Origin: an uncultured Ectothiorhodospiraceae bacterium
Lineage (GTDB): Bacteria; Bacteroidota; Ignavibacteria; SZUA-365; GCA-2699105
Reading direction: 5' to 3'
DNA length: 64,000 bases
NCBI GenBank assembly: GCA_964408855.1
Contig: CAYPBB010000003.1
Coordinates: forward strand, 45,892 to 109,891
In this document: positions 1 to 9,398 of the stretch, piece after piece
Numbering within the stretch: the first letter of the stretch is position 1
Layout of the letters: each line of letters starts with the position of its first letter
Translations under genes and position numbers: made by a program
Notes under the pieces: generated by a model
What the model saw: the letters and a program-made list of their open reading frames with translations, nothing else
What the model was told of the DNA's origin: nothing
Databases searched by the model: none

Positions 1-564
1 GGCGTTTCCCTTATCGTACAGCAATTGGAATCCAAGTCCATTCCGCTTTACTATTGCGCGTGCGCTGTCGGCCGGCTCCGGACAGAGAGCGAGCAACGTT
101 CCGTCTCGGTCTTTAATGCGTCCGGTCTGTTCCTCCAATGCCTGGAGCGTGATCTCACAGTACGGGTTCCAGCCTCCCCAGAACCACACAAGCACGACCG
201 GTCCCTTTTCCAGAAGCGCGGAAAGGTTGACGCTTGCGCCGTTCGCATCCTGAAGAGTGAAATCTGGCGCTTTTTGATCGTGCCGGAGCATCGAACCGGC
301 AGGCTCCTTTGCCTGCATTTCCCCGATTGCGTTTTCGACAAGCTCCACTTCTTTCTGATTCGCGAGTCTGAACCACTCCTGCTTTTTTTCATCGAGACGA
401 ATTTGCAGAGGCTTATACTCCATTTCTGCCTCAAACTCCTGCTTGTTGTCGATCTTCTTTGTCAGGCCGGCTTCCTGCGGTTGCCGGCTTTCGGGGTTTT
501 TCTTCGCACATCCGGCAGATACAACAAGAACGAGCACGATGAAGACGATGGAAGTATGTCGCAT
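1..564 (-). CDS. thioredoxin-fold (TlpA/redoxin-like) lipoprotein, partial (3' end outside window)
   Basis: Reverse-strand translation from the ATG (rc of cat at 562-564) gives MRHTSIVFIVLVLVVSAGCAKK..., a lipoprotein-type signal peptide, followed by ...GPVVLVWFWGGWNPYCEITLQALEE... (redoxin-like single-Cys motif). There is no stop before position 1, so it is absent from the supplied ORF track. The plus-strand ORF 25..639 is its antisense. Confidence 0.45.
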   Translation of the reverse strand, partial: MRHTSIVFIVLVLVVSAGCAKKNPESRQPQEAGLTKKIDNKQEFEAEMEYKPLQIRLDEKKQEWFRLANQKEVELVENAIGEMQAKEPAGSMLRHDQKAPDFTLQDANGASVNLSALLEKGPVVLVWFWGGWNPYCEITLQALEEQTGRIKDRDGTLLALCPEPADSARAIVKRNGLGFQLLYDKGNA

Positions 565-765
565 TGGAATACCTTACTTGAATCGATACAAAAAACGACC
601 GGTTTACCGGATATCAATAGTTTGGTTATATACGTTTGAAATTTACAAAATTTGCAGGGTTTTTGGTATTATCTTATTGTTCGCACATGGGGGATCGAGT
701 ATTTTTCTTCGACATCTTCCGCCCGGTTCAAATTGCCGGGCAACTGCCCAGCGACGCCGAAAATT

Positions 766-3237
766 ATGAACAACGAGCCTGAACCGAAAGTCATAAATCA
801 GGAACTCATTTCTCCCCAGATAGAAACACTATTGAGTTCCTATTCCCAGATCGGGAGATGCGCTTGCGCCTTTCTCGATCCAGAAAAGCGCATCCCTGCA
901 TTTGTTGCCGGATGGCGGAAAGAGTGGGAACAGTTCACCTCCATCCTTCCGCATTCCCCCGAGCGTTTCTTCGCCGCCCTCGCCAAACTGAATTGGTCGG
1001 ATGTTGCAAAGAAGCCGTTCCTGAAATTCGAAAGCAACGGTCATGTGACTCATTGTCTCGCCCCGGTCATCGGACGGCAAGGTCTCAGAGGCTTTCTTTA
1101 TGTCGGATACGTCCTTCTGGCGAAGCCGTCGACGAAGGAAATTACCGCTATTTCCGAAGAGCGGCGGTTTCATTTCGATACTTTTATCGCGACAATGAAG
1201 GAAATACCGGTCATCAGCGAACAGGCATTCGTGAGTTCGGTAACGAACCTTGCCGCGCTCCTGAAAGAAGCCTTTGATGCGCCGGCGCTCCCCGAAAGCG
1301 GCACACCCGAACCTGCGGCAGCCGGACCCGAGCCGGTTAATACCGCCGCGAACGCCGAGGCCCCTCTCGAATTAGCATTACATGCCGACGTCGTACGGTC
1401 GCTGACCCGCGATATCCGGACATCACTGAACGGCAACATCGGGGTCACAGGATTGTTGATGCGGTACAGGAACGAAGAGATCGCCGATCTTCTCGATACC
1501 ATGCACAAGGGAAACGACACCCTCCTGACCCTTCTCGATAATCTTCACGATTATCACGACATCCTCACCGGCGGTCTCTCCATACAACGCGCGCCGCTCG
1601 ATCTGCGTTCGGTCGTAGAGCGCACCGCGGAACAAGTCGCGAAGCGGCTGAAGGAATTCGGTCTGGAAATGACAATCCGCCTTTCGCCTGATATCCCCTC
1701 GTTCATCGTGACCGACGCGCAGCGGCTTAAGCAAGTGCTGAGAAACGTCGTCACGACGGTAGCGCGCTATTCCGTCGGCGGAAAACTTTTCCTTGCAATC
1801 AAGAAGGGACAAACAAAGGCCGGTAATATCGAATTGCACATGTTGGTGCAAAATGTTCCCGAAAACGCATCGCAGCAAGGCGCCGACTATGACGAGGATG
1901 CTCCGCTTCCCGTGTACGACAGCGCGGATATCGGAATGCTAGTCAGCATGGAACTTGTCCGGATGCTTGGCGGAAAGATGAAAATTCACACCGGGGACAA
2001 CGCACATATCGTGTTTTCCATCCTTGCGGAAGCTTTGCAGTTCGATAAATCGAAATTCGATACAACACCGTCAGACGCGCTGAAGCGGCAAAACATTGTC
2101 GTCATTCATTCCAATCCGTCGGACATGCAGATGCTGTCGTTACAATGCACATACTGGGGAATGAAACCTCAAACATTGCCCGGCGCGGTGCAGGCGGTAT
2201 CGTGGTTGAGCAAGGGCGAGCCGGTCGATGTGTTTTTGTTCTGCGACAGCCAGGTCAAGCCCGCTGCATTCAAGGAAAAACTCAACTCTATACCGCTCTA
2301 TGCTTCCTGCCCTGTCGTGGAATACGCAGCGGCGGAGCCAGGCGAAAAAACCTCGATTCCGGTAGCGTCCCGGCAGACTCTCCGTCAGACTCTGGAACAA
2401 TGCCTGAAAAAGACAAAAGTCCACAGCGAACAAGCGGTCAATCAGCACGAATCGCTTGCGGAGCAGTTTCCGACCAAAATCATGGTCGTCGAAGACGATG
2501 TCATGAATAGGCAGCTTATCGATAAAATACTCAAGAAAATTGGTTTTACTCCGGTCCTGATGAAGAACGGAATCGAGGCGGTGAAGGAGTATTCACAGAA
2601 CCATTACGACCTGATATTCATGGACCTTCAAATGCCGGGCATGGACGGGATCACCGCCGCGCGATCGATCTTAAGCGATGCCACGCATGGAAAACATCCC
2701 AACATCTGCGCGCTGACGGCCAACGCCTCGCAATCGGATAAGGAAAGCGTTTTCAAAGCAGGTATGGTCGATTTTCTATCGAAACCGATCCTGCTCCCCA
2801 AACTTCAGGAAGCCATCATCAAATGGGGCGTCCGTCGCGAAACGCCTCCTCAGGAGGAGAGCCTCGATGAGCCGGTAAATGAAGAGCTGGTAGATGAAGC
2901 GGTGATTATGCAGACAAAAGAGCTTGATCAGTTCTCGGATGAATCCATTCTCGACAGGCTGATCTTCGCGTTCATCAAGGAAGCGCCGCCGATCATCAAC
3001 GAGATCGAAAGCGCCTTTACCGCTAACCAGAACTTCAAGATCGGCAAAGCGACCAGTGCGCTCGCCGGAATGAGCCGTAATCTCGGTTTGCGCGAGTTTT
3101 CGACGATCGCCAAGCGGATCGAACACCGAAATACCCAGGCCGACATGAAGGAAATGGTCGAGTTGCTTACCTCGCTCCGCAGCTCGTACCAAAATACCGC
3201 CGCACAACTAAAAAAATACATGTCCGCCGGTAGATAG
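766..3237 (+). CDS. hybrid sensor histidine kinase/response regulator with C-terminal HPt-like domain
   Basis: The ORF covers 652..3237. The likely true start is the ATG at 766 (MNNEPEPK...). It has a HisKA H-box (ELALHADVVRSLTRDIRTSLNGNIGVTGLL), a HATPase_c-like region (GGKMKIHTGDN) and a REC domain (KIMVVEDDVMNRQLIDKILKKIGFTPVLMKNGIEAV...DLIFMDLQMPGMDGI). The C-terminus is an HPt-like four-helix region. Confidence 0.8.
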   Translation: MNNEPEPKVINQELISPQIETLLSSYSQIGRCACAFLDPEKRIPAFVAGWRKEWEQFTSILPHSPERFFAALAKLNWSDVAKKPFLKFESNGHVTHCLAPVIGRQGLRGFLYVGYVLLAKPSTKEITAISEERRFHFDTFIATMKEIPVISEQAFVSSVTNLAALLKEAFDAPALPESGTPEPAAAGPEPVNTAANAEAPLELALHADVVRSLTRDIRTSLNGNIGVTGLLMRYRNEEIADLLDTMHKGNDTLLTLLDNLHDYHDILTGGLSIQRAPLDLRSVVERTAEQVAKRLKEFGLEMTIRLSPDIPSFIVTDAQRLKQVLRNVVTTVARYSVGGKLFLAIKKGQTKAGNIELHMLVQNVPENASQQGADYDEDAPLPVYDSADIGMLVSMELVRMLGGKMKIHTGDNAHIVFSILAEALQFDKSKFDTTPSDALKRQNIVVIHSNPSDMQMLSLQCTYWGMKPQTLPGAVQAVSWLSKGEPVDVFLFCDSQVKPAAFKEKLNSIPLYASCPVVEYAAAEPGEKTSIPVASRQTLRQTLEQCLKKTKVHSEQAVNQHESLAEQFPTKIMVVEDDVMNRQLIDKILKKIGFTPVLMKNGIEAVKEYSQNHYDLIFMDLQMPGMDGITAARSILSDATHGKHPNICALTANASQSDKESVFKAGMVDFLSKPILLPKLQEAIIKWGVRRETPPQEESLDEPVNEELVDEAVIMQTKELDQFSDESILDRLIFAFIKEAPPIINEIESAFTANQNFKIGKATSALAGMSRNLGLREFSTIAKRIEHRNTQADMKEMVELLTSLRSSYQNTAAQLKKYMSAGR

Positions 3238-3366
3238 CAACGCCGGGTCGTTTGGAATACGCATGCCTTCACAGTTCTGTGCAGCAGTCTTTTACCTGCG
3301 TTCATTTCTCGTTATATTACAACAACTTGCGATTGCTATTTAGAGTACAACTTCAGGTGCCTCCCC

Positions 3367-6300
3367 GTGTTGAAGCTGTTGTTCAATGGAATTCTATCCT
3401 TAATCGTTCTCCTGGCCGCAGTGGAGACCGGGCATTGCCAGTCCGGTGCTGCTTCTGCAATACCGGGGTATTATTCGAGTCTCCGCTTTGTAAAACACTC
3501 CAACGGGCTGGATACGTCCGGATCGTGGATTGCGCCTCAGGCTAGAACGCTCCGATTCTACGCGAAATCCGACGGCATCGTAAAGATCACCGCGGAATGG
3601 TTCAATAACGCAGGCATCCCGCTGCAATCGATCGATCCGGCAAAAATTGCGTTGATTACGAAAGGAAGTGCCGTACCCTTCGCTCCCATCGGACTTGGAG
3701 ACGGTTCGTTCGATCAGGGCGACGCCATCTACTTCGTTGCACAAAAGAACTACGGAGACAGGGATTATCGCCGAATCGCCTCCGGCGACAACCCGTACTC
3801 TCAATACATGGACAGGTTTTCCGACTCGGCGGCCTATTGGGTATTGCTCGATATCTCGGGTACGCCATCCGCCCCTCTTCTCTCCCTGAACGCACCGGCC
3901 CTTCCGGACACCGTCTCGTGGTACCGCGAGCTGATCCACCATGAACCCGAGATTTCGCTGGAATTTCTCGGGGTGAATACCGACCGCCTTAACTATTCTG
4001 AATGGACAAGCGAAGATACTTGGATTGCCGGATTCATCTCGCCCGGACAGAACCGCCAGTTCCAGTTCGAGTTTCCGGGATATGTGCCGATGGATTCGGT
4101 GCGCTTGTGGTTAAGAGGAGCCGGGTATCAGGGCGATACCAAAACATGGCTGAATCACCGGTTTCAACTGACTCTGGACGGCGCATTCGCCGATTCGCTT
4201 TCATTCAATATGAGCGAACAGGTGCTTCTGTACGGAGCGATCGCTTCGCCGTTGCAGGTAACCGGTCAGCATACCATCAACGTGTTTTCAGAGCGTATTC
4301 AGAATGGATTCAGCAGAGCGGCAATCGACTGGCTGGATATCGAATACCCCAAGGCGCTTTCTGCGACGAATAATGCCCTCGCGTTCGCCAATCTGCCTCC
4401 CGGGCAATCGGTCAGGATGATTGCCGCATCGGGTTTTACGGATACGAATTTGGTGGTTTTCCGCACAAGCGAAACCTCGGTATATCAAATTCAGCCATCG
4501 TTTGTGAGAAGCGGAAATACATGGAAAGTCGTCATCGCCGATACCACGCGTTCCACGAATACCTATTTCATGTCTGTAAGAAACGCCGTTCCCACTGCAT
4601 CTGCTGCGGAGGAGATTCAACTCAGGAATCTACGCGCTTCTATTCCATCTTCACGGTATCTCATTATTACAGCGAAGCGGTTCGAATCTCAGGCGCAGTC
4701 GTATGCGGGATTCATTCAGTCTGCGTACGGTACGGCGGCAGAATTTGTTGTTGTTGAGGATATCTACGATTCCTACAGCTACGGCAACTTTTATCCGGAC
4801 GCAATCCGGCTGTTTTGTTTCGATTACCTGCGGCAATTTTCTGGCTCCGAATTGCCGTATATCCTGATAGCCGGCGATGCAAACGGCGACTACAAAAACA
4901 CAAACGGAACGTACCGCGAAAACATCGTTCCCGGCTACGGCTACCCGGTCAGCGATTTCCTTCTGACAGCGTTCGATTCTCTTGGTATCGAACAACGCGC
5001 ATATATCGGAAGACTCCCCATCCGCAACGCCGAGTCGTTCGATGGTTACCGCCTACGGCACGAACAATACCTGCAACTCCCGTACAACGAATGGAACAAA
5101 ACGGTAGTGCAGTTCTCGGGCGGCGAAAGTTCGGAAAACGAGGCGCAACTCGCGTTTTACCGCAATATCAACAATGCGATTGCAGCGGAATCCGTCGTGC
5201 CGCCTCCATTCGGAGGAGAAACGGTCCACATCTATAAAACGGCGATACCGCAGTCGGATTTTGGACCGTACTCGCAACAGGAAGTCGTCTCGATACTCGA
5301 GAAAGGCGGCGTGGCGATATCCTATGTCGGTCATAGCGCGACGACGACATGGGATAATTCCATCAACGATCCCCTGTTTCTCGCTCCGGCTGGCTCGAAA
5401 CCGCCGCTGGTCACCGATTTCGGGTGTTCCTCCGGACGGTTCGCCGAACCGGGCATCGTTTCATTCTCCGAGAAATACATATCAACCGCCGATGCACCGG
5501 GCTTGTGCTATATCGGTAACAGCACGTTCGGATCGAGGACAACATCGCAACTCTTTCCTTCGCTGTTTTACCATGCTCTGCTTGCCGAGGGTATCGCGGC
5601 CATTGGCAATGCTCATGGAAAATCGAAACAGGAACTGATCGCCAGGATGGGTGTTTCGCTCGTAACTCGGAATGCCATCCAAATGAGCGCTCTCATCGGC
5701 GATCCCATGCTTTCGATCCGCATTCCATTCAAGCCCGATCCGGCTATCGGTGCAAACGACATCCAGCCGCTCACACCCTCTTTCACCGATGCGATGGATT
5801 CGCTGCGATTCTCCGCCGTTATCATGAATTATGGCTCCGTCCCCGCCGGTCCACTGACGATAACGATCCACAGCGAGATGCAACAAGGAAACGCCTTCGA
5901 CGATACGATATCGACGGCATTCCCACGGATGAGGGATTCCCTCCGGTTTGCCGTGCCTAACCGGTTCGGCGCAGGAGCGGGATCTCTTCAGATTCGCCTG
6001 GATCCGATGTTTGAATACGATGAACTGGACGAAACAAATAATACCGCCACGCTGGACTTTACCGTTCTGAATGCCGGCATCAGTCTGGCGAATACGTTAT
6101 TTCTCGGCCGGGGCGCCGATACCATTACCGTGCTTCACCCATCCACCGATCCCGGACCGGTACAGTCCATCATCGTCGAACGGTCCGGCAGTCCGTCGTT
6201 TACGAATCCGCAGATTCAGCGGTACCCGTATTCCCGTGCGGCTACATTCGCCGCACCGCTGTCGCATGGCGGTGGAAATGCAAAACAGTATTACAGGGCA

Positions 6301-8151
6301 ACGCTCGATCTGCCGGGAGCGGCATATTCCGAAATTCTGGAATACCACCCAGCGCTTCCCGCGAGGGCGTTCTACAGATTTGACTCGACGGATTGGTTGC
6401 GCGATTCGAGGCACAACATCATCCTGACTCCGCTCGGAGTTTCCACTCTTCCTCCAGAGCGACGCATCCGGTTGTATTCAGCGGGACCCTTCCAGGGAAG
6501 CTCGGCGAATATCTTCCTCGATGGCAGCGCGGTATTCCCTCCGCAGTCGGTACCCGGGTATTTCATCGCGGTATTCGGGAAGGACAGCGCCGATCTCCGG
6601 CAGTCCAAAAGCTTCGCGACCTCTGTATCGCCTCAGGAAGCCGATTCGATGCGGGCGTTTCTAACGAGGATTCCCGGCGACGAGATTGTAGCGATCGTAT
6701 GTTCCGGCGATCCTGCTGAAAATGCTCAAATATTTGGGCAAGACTTGTCGCAACTCGGAGCGAATCCCCCAGACAGTCTTCCGCAGCAAGGATCGTATGC
6801 GTTTCTCCGAGTTCCGGGTCAGTTTATTCGCGAAGTACGTAAACAGCCCAATGAAGGGGCCGCTGTGATCGATACGGCACTCAGTACTCTGACGCCCGAG
6901 GGCAGCATCGTTCATGAACGGATTGGACCCGCAGGGACATGGAAAACCCTCGAATACGGCATATCCGGCAATGCCGGTCAATGCTATACACTCATAACCG
7001 GTATCAGAAGGGACGGTTCGAGAGCGCCGCTGATGCAGCAGGCATTATTGGCCGCTATCGATATCGGTATGATTCAGGCAGCGGAATACCCATACCTCGA
7101 AATCGAGACGAAGCTTCGAAACGGAGACGGTATGCCACCCGTTATCCGCTCGATGGCGGTCGATTTCAGGTTTTCCGCGGAACTGGTTCTCAATTATCAG
7201 ACCGCCGGTCTCGTAAAGGACACAGTATTTGCGGGCAGCGATGTAGAGCTTGCGCTGAGCGTCCTGAATGCCGGCGAAACGGGCAGTTCTCCGTCGGAGA
7301 TAGAATGCTCGATTCCGGGCAGAAATGAACTCAGACGGATCGCCATGCCCGCGATTCCACCGCGCGGCTGGTTCGATACTACCTTGACCTTTGCTGCAGG
7401 CGCTATATCCGGACAGGATGTGCTACGCGTGGCTGTCGATCCGGATGGCCTGATCCAGGAGCAGTATACGTCAAATAATGCGTACGCGCTTCCTTTCATT
7501 GTAACCGGCGATACCGCTGTTCCTGTAATGGAGTACTATATCGACGGTCAGGTTCCTCTTGACGGCGATTATATCGCATCCCAACCATCCATTTCCCTGT
7601 ACCTCTCGCCAACACCCAACCAGCAGATTCTCGAGCCTGAATCGTTCATATTGACAATCGACGGAGACAGAATAACCGTTCCTTCCCACGGCGCATCGTT
7701 CGTGCCTTCGTCGCAGACGAAACCTGCGGAGTACACGTTCAGGGCATCCCTTTCGGAGGGCAGCCATGAATTCCGCATCAACGGCGTCACAAAAACCGGT
7801 GTGCGCGCGTTTACCGAAGATGTTCTGCTTCATCTCACCGTTTCCGCAAGCAGCCGTATCCTCGACGCATATACAGTGCCAAATCCCGCAAGCGGAGAAA
7901 CGTCGTTCACATTCGTACTCACCGGCGGCTCCGTGCCCGAATCGATGGAATGCAAGATATACGCGATTTCAGGAAGACATATCCGCACAATCGAACTCCC
8001 CTCTTCCCAGCTTCGCATCGGGCAAAACGTCGTCCTGTGGGATTGCCGGGACTCCGACGGCGATATACTCGCAAATGGCACGTATTTTTACAAGCTCAAC
8101 GTCCCAGGCACAAGCGCATCCGCAACCGGTAAAATCGCAATATTGCGGTAG
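3367..8151 (+). CDS. secreted C25 (gingipain-like) cysteine peptidase family protein with T9SS C-terminal sorting domain
   Basis: A 1594-aa ORF with a GTG start and an N-terminal signal peptide (LSLIVLLAAVETGHCQSG). It carries C25 catalytic-dyad contexts (SYVGHSATTTWDNS with His; VTDFGCSSGRFAEP with Cys) and a C25-like propeptide/catalytic region (YLIITAKRFESQAQSYAGFIQSAYG...). The C-terminal ~90 aa (...ANGTYFYKLNVPGTSASATGKIAILR) look like a T9SS type-A C-terminal domain. Confidence 0.75.
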   Translation: MLKLLFNGILSLIVLLAAVETGHCQSGAASAIPGYYSSLRFVKHSNGLDTSGSWIAPQARTLRFYAKSDGIVKITAEWFNNAGIPLQSIDPAKIALITKGSAVPFAPIGLGDGSFDQGDAIYFVAQKNYGDRDYRRIASGDNPYSQYMDRFSDSAAYWVLLDISGTPSAPLLSLNAPALPDTVSWYRELIHHEPEISLEFLGVNTDRLNYSEWTSEDTWIAGFISPGQNRQFQFEFPGYVPMDSVRLWLRGAGYQGDTKTWLNHRFQLTLDGAFADSLSFNMSEQVLLYGAIASPLQVTGQHTINVFSERIQNGFSRAAIDWLDIEYPKALSATNNALAFANLPPGQSVRMIAASGFTDTNLVVFRTSETSVYQIQPSFVRSGNTWKVVIADTTRSTNTYFMSVRNAVPTASAAEEIQLRNLRASIPSSRYLIITAKRFESQAQSYAGFIQSAYGTAAEFVVVEDIYDSYSYGNFYPDAIRLFCFDYLRQFSGSELPYILIAGDANGDYKNTNGTYRENIVPGYGYPVSDFLLTAFDSLGIEQRAYIGRLPIRNAESFDGYRLRHEQYLQLPYNEWNKTVVQFSGGESSENEAQLAFYRNINNAIAAESVVPPPFGGETVHIYKTAIPQSDFGPYSQQEVVSILEKGGVAISYVGHSATTTWDNSINDPLFLAPAGSKPPLVTDFGCSSGRFAEPGIVSFSEKYISTADAPGLCYIGNSTFGSRTTSQLFPSLFYHALLAEGIAAIGNAHGKSKQELIARMGVSLVTRNAIQMSALIGDPMLSIRIPFKPDPAIGANDIQPLTPSFTDAMDSLRFSAVIMNYGSVPAGPLTITIHSEMQQGNAFDDTISTAFPRMRDSLRFAVPNRFGAGAGSLQIRLDPMFEYDELDETNNTATLDFTVLNAGISLANTLFLGRGADTITVLHPSTDPGPVQSIIVERSGSPSFTNPQIQRYPYSRAATFAAPLSHGGGNAKQYYRATLDLPGAAYSEILEYHPALPARAFYRFDSTDWLRDSRHNIILTPLGVSTLPPERRIRLYSAGPFQGSSANIFLDGSAVFPPQSVPGYFIAVFGKDSADLRQSKSFATSVSPQEADSMRAFLTRIPGDEIVAIVCSGDPAENAQIFGQDLSQLGANPPDSLPQQGSYAFLRVPGQFIREVRKQPNEGAAVIDTALSTLTPEGSIVHERIGPAGTWKTLEYGISGNAGQCYTLITGIRRDGSRAPLMQQALLAAIDIGMIQAAEYPYLEIETKLRNGDGMPPVIRSMAVDFRFSAELVLNYQTAGLVKDTVFAGSDVELALSVLNAGETGSSPSEIECSIPGRNELRRIAMPAIPPRGWFDTTLTFAAGAISGQDVLRVAVDPDGLIQEQYTSNNAYALPFIVTGDTAVPVMEYYIDGQVPLDGDYIASQPSISLYLSPTPNQQILEPESFILTIDGDRITVPSHGASFVPSSQTKPAEYTFRASLSEGSHEFRINGVTKTGVRAFTEDVLLHLTVSASSRILDAYTVPNPASGETSFTFVLTGGSVPESMECKIYAISGRHIRTIELPSSQLRIGQNVVLWDCRDSDGDILANGTYFYKLNVPGTSASATGKIAILR

Positions 8152-8670
8152 CCTGCGTACCTGGCTGTCAATTTCGGCTTACAACGTGTGAAAAATCTGC
8201 TTCGAACGATTATTTCCAACGATTCTTCCGCAACAATGCGTTGCAGATTATCGCGGAATATTCGTCTGAGCCAATAAACACAAGGCGCACAACTGCAATT
8301 TTACATTTACGCTCTAGAAACATTAAATTGCTGCTATTCAGTAACAGCTAGTTTACACTGTCAAATTCTGTGCACCTAACTACCGGCAAACTGGTATTGC
8401 GGCATCGAAATGCATAATTGCGGCGTGTCTAAATTCTTGAAATTCAGCGCAATTACGCAGAAAATATGGCGCAATTCGGCAAATCGCCGAATGCCAATCT
8501 GCTCGGTTGCGATTGCAAGAGTTACTGCCGAAAGTGAAAAATTTTCTAAGTAACTCCAGTAGAAAACACAACTTGTATTTGAATAGAATTGCTGTAATTG
8601 GTATAATTACCATGCAATTACGGAAGTCGTCTCGAACAGAAAGTGAGGTGAAAGCGGTTCAGATGCAGTT

Positions 8671-8685
8671 TGGCACGTCCATTGT
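8671..8685 (+). promoter_or_regulatory. candidate sigma-54 (-24/-12) promoter upstream of the pilus locus
   Basis: TGGCACgtccaTTGT at 8671-8685 matches TGGCAC-N5-TTGC except for a T at the last position. It lies about 80 nt upstream of the ATG at 8767. A sigma-54-dependent activator gene is present at 14855..16222. Confidence 0.3.
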
Positions 8686-8766
8686 AATATAACTGGGTGT
8701 GAAGATTGTGAACATTTGAATAGATCAACCATCAGAACCCTTTTCACCAATCAAAGGATTTCTCTC

Positions 8767-9315
8767 ATGAAAAAACTCATCCTCACCGCGCTTCTCTTTG
8801 TTGTAGCAGCCACTATGAGCTACGCACAGTTGGGTACCGGCGTTGACGCAACGTTCACCGCCACGGCAACCGTGCTTTCAACCCTTTCCGTCACGAATAC
8901 CAACGACCTCGAATTCGATGACGTCATTCAAGGCGACAACAAAACCGTCGGTGCGAATACAACAACCGGTAACGTAACTACCACATACGGAACCGGCCAG
9001 CTCGCAGACTTTGCCATTACCGGCACCGGCAGCAAAGAAGTCGGCGCATACCTGACGACCACCAATTTCCTCAGCGATGGTACCAACACGTTGACGATGG
9101 AAGACTGGGTAGGCTATGCAAATGCAACCAACTCCCTCTCCGGCGCGACAACGCAGGCCGGTCCGACCTCTTGGGCAAACCATCTTACCGTCGTTCTGAG
9201 CGCAGGCGGCAACGGCTACATGTGGCTGGGCGCAACCGCGAAACCGACGAGCTCGCAGGCTCCGGGTTCCTACACGGTTGACAACACCTTCACATTCTAC
9301 TACACCGGCAACTAA
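8767..9315 (+). CDS. DUF4402/SCPU (spore-coat-protein-U)-like secreted pilin-type subunit
   Basis: The ORF is 8716..9315. The likely start is the ATG at 8767 (MKKLILTALLFVVAATMSYAQ, a signal peptide), with an aaagga RBS upstream. The mature part is about 160 aa, Thr/Gly/Asn-rich with predicted beta-strands, as is typical of archaic chaperone-usher (Csu/SCPU-type) subunits. A chaperone-like gene follows immediately. Confidence 0.55.
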   Translation: MKKLILTALLFVVAATMSYAQLGTGVDATFTATATVLSTLSVTNTNDLEFDDVIQGDNKTVGANTTTGNVTTTYGTGQLADFAITGTGSKEVGAYLTTTNFLSDGTNTLTMEDWVGYANATNSLSGATTQAGPTSWANHLTVVLSAGGNGYMWLGATAKPTSSQAPGSYTVDNTFTFYYTGN

Positions 9316-9398
9316 TTCTTGAGTATGGAACGGGGGCGGTTGTGCCGCCTCCGTTCTACCTTTTTTCGGCAGTTGAAAGGCACACAGGCAGTTCTGGT

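Noticed and set aside
25-639. 204-aa plus-strand ORF at window start
   Set aside because: It is low-complexity and not protein-like. The opposite strand encodes a convincing redoxin-like lipoprotein across the same bases, so this ORF is its antisense shadow.
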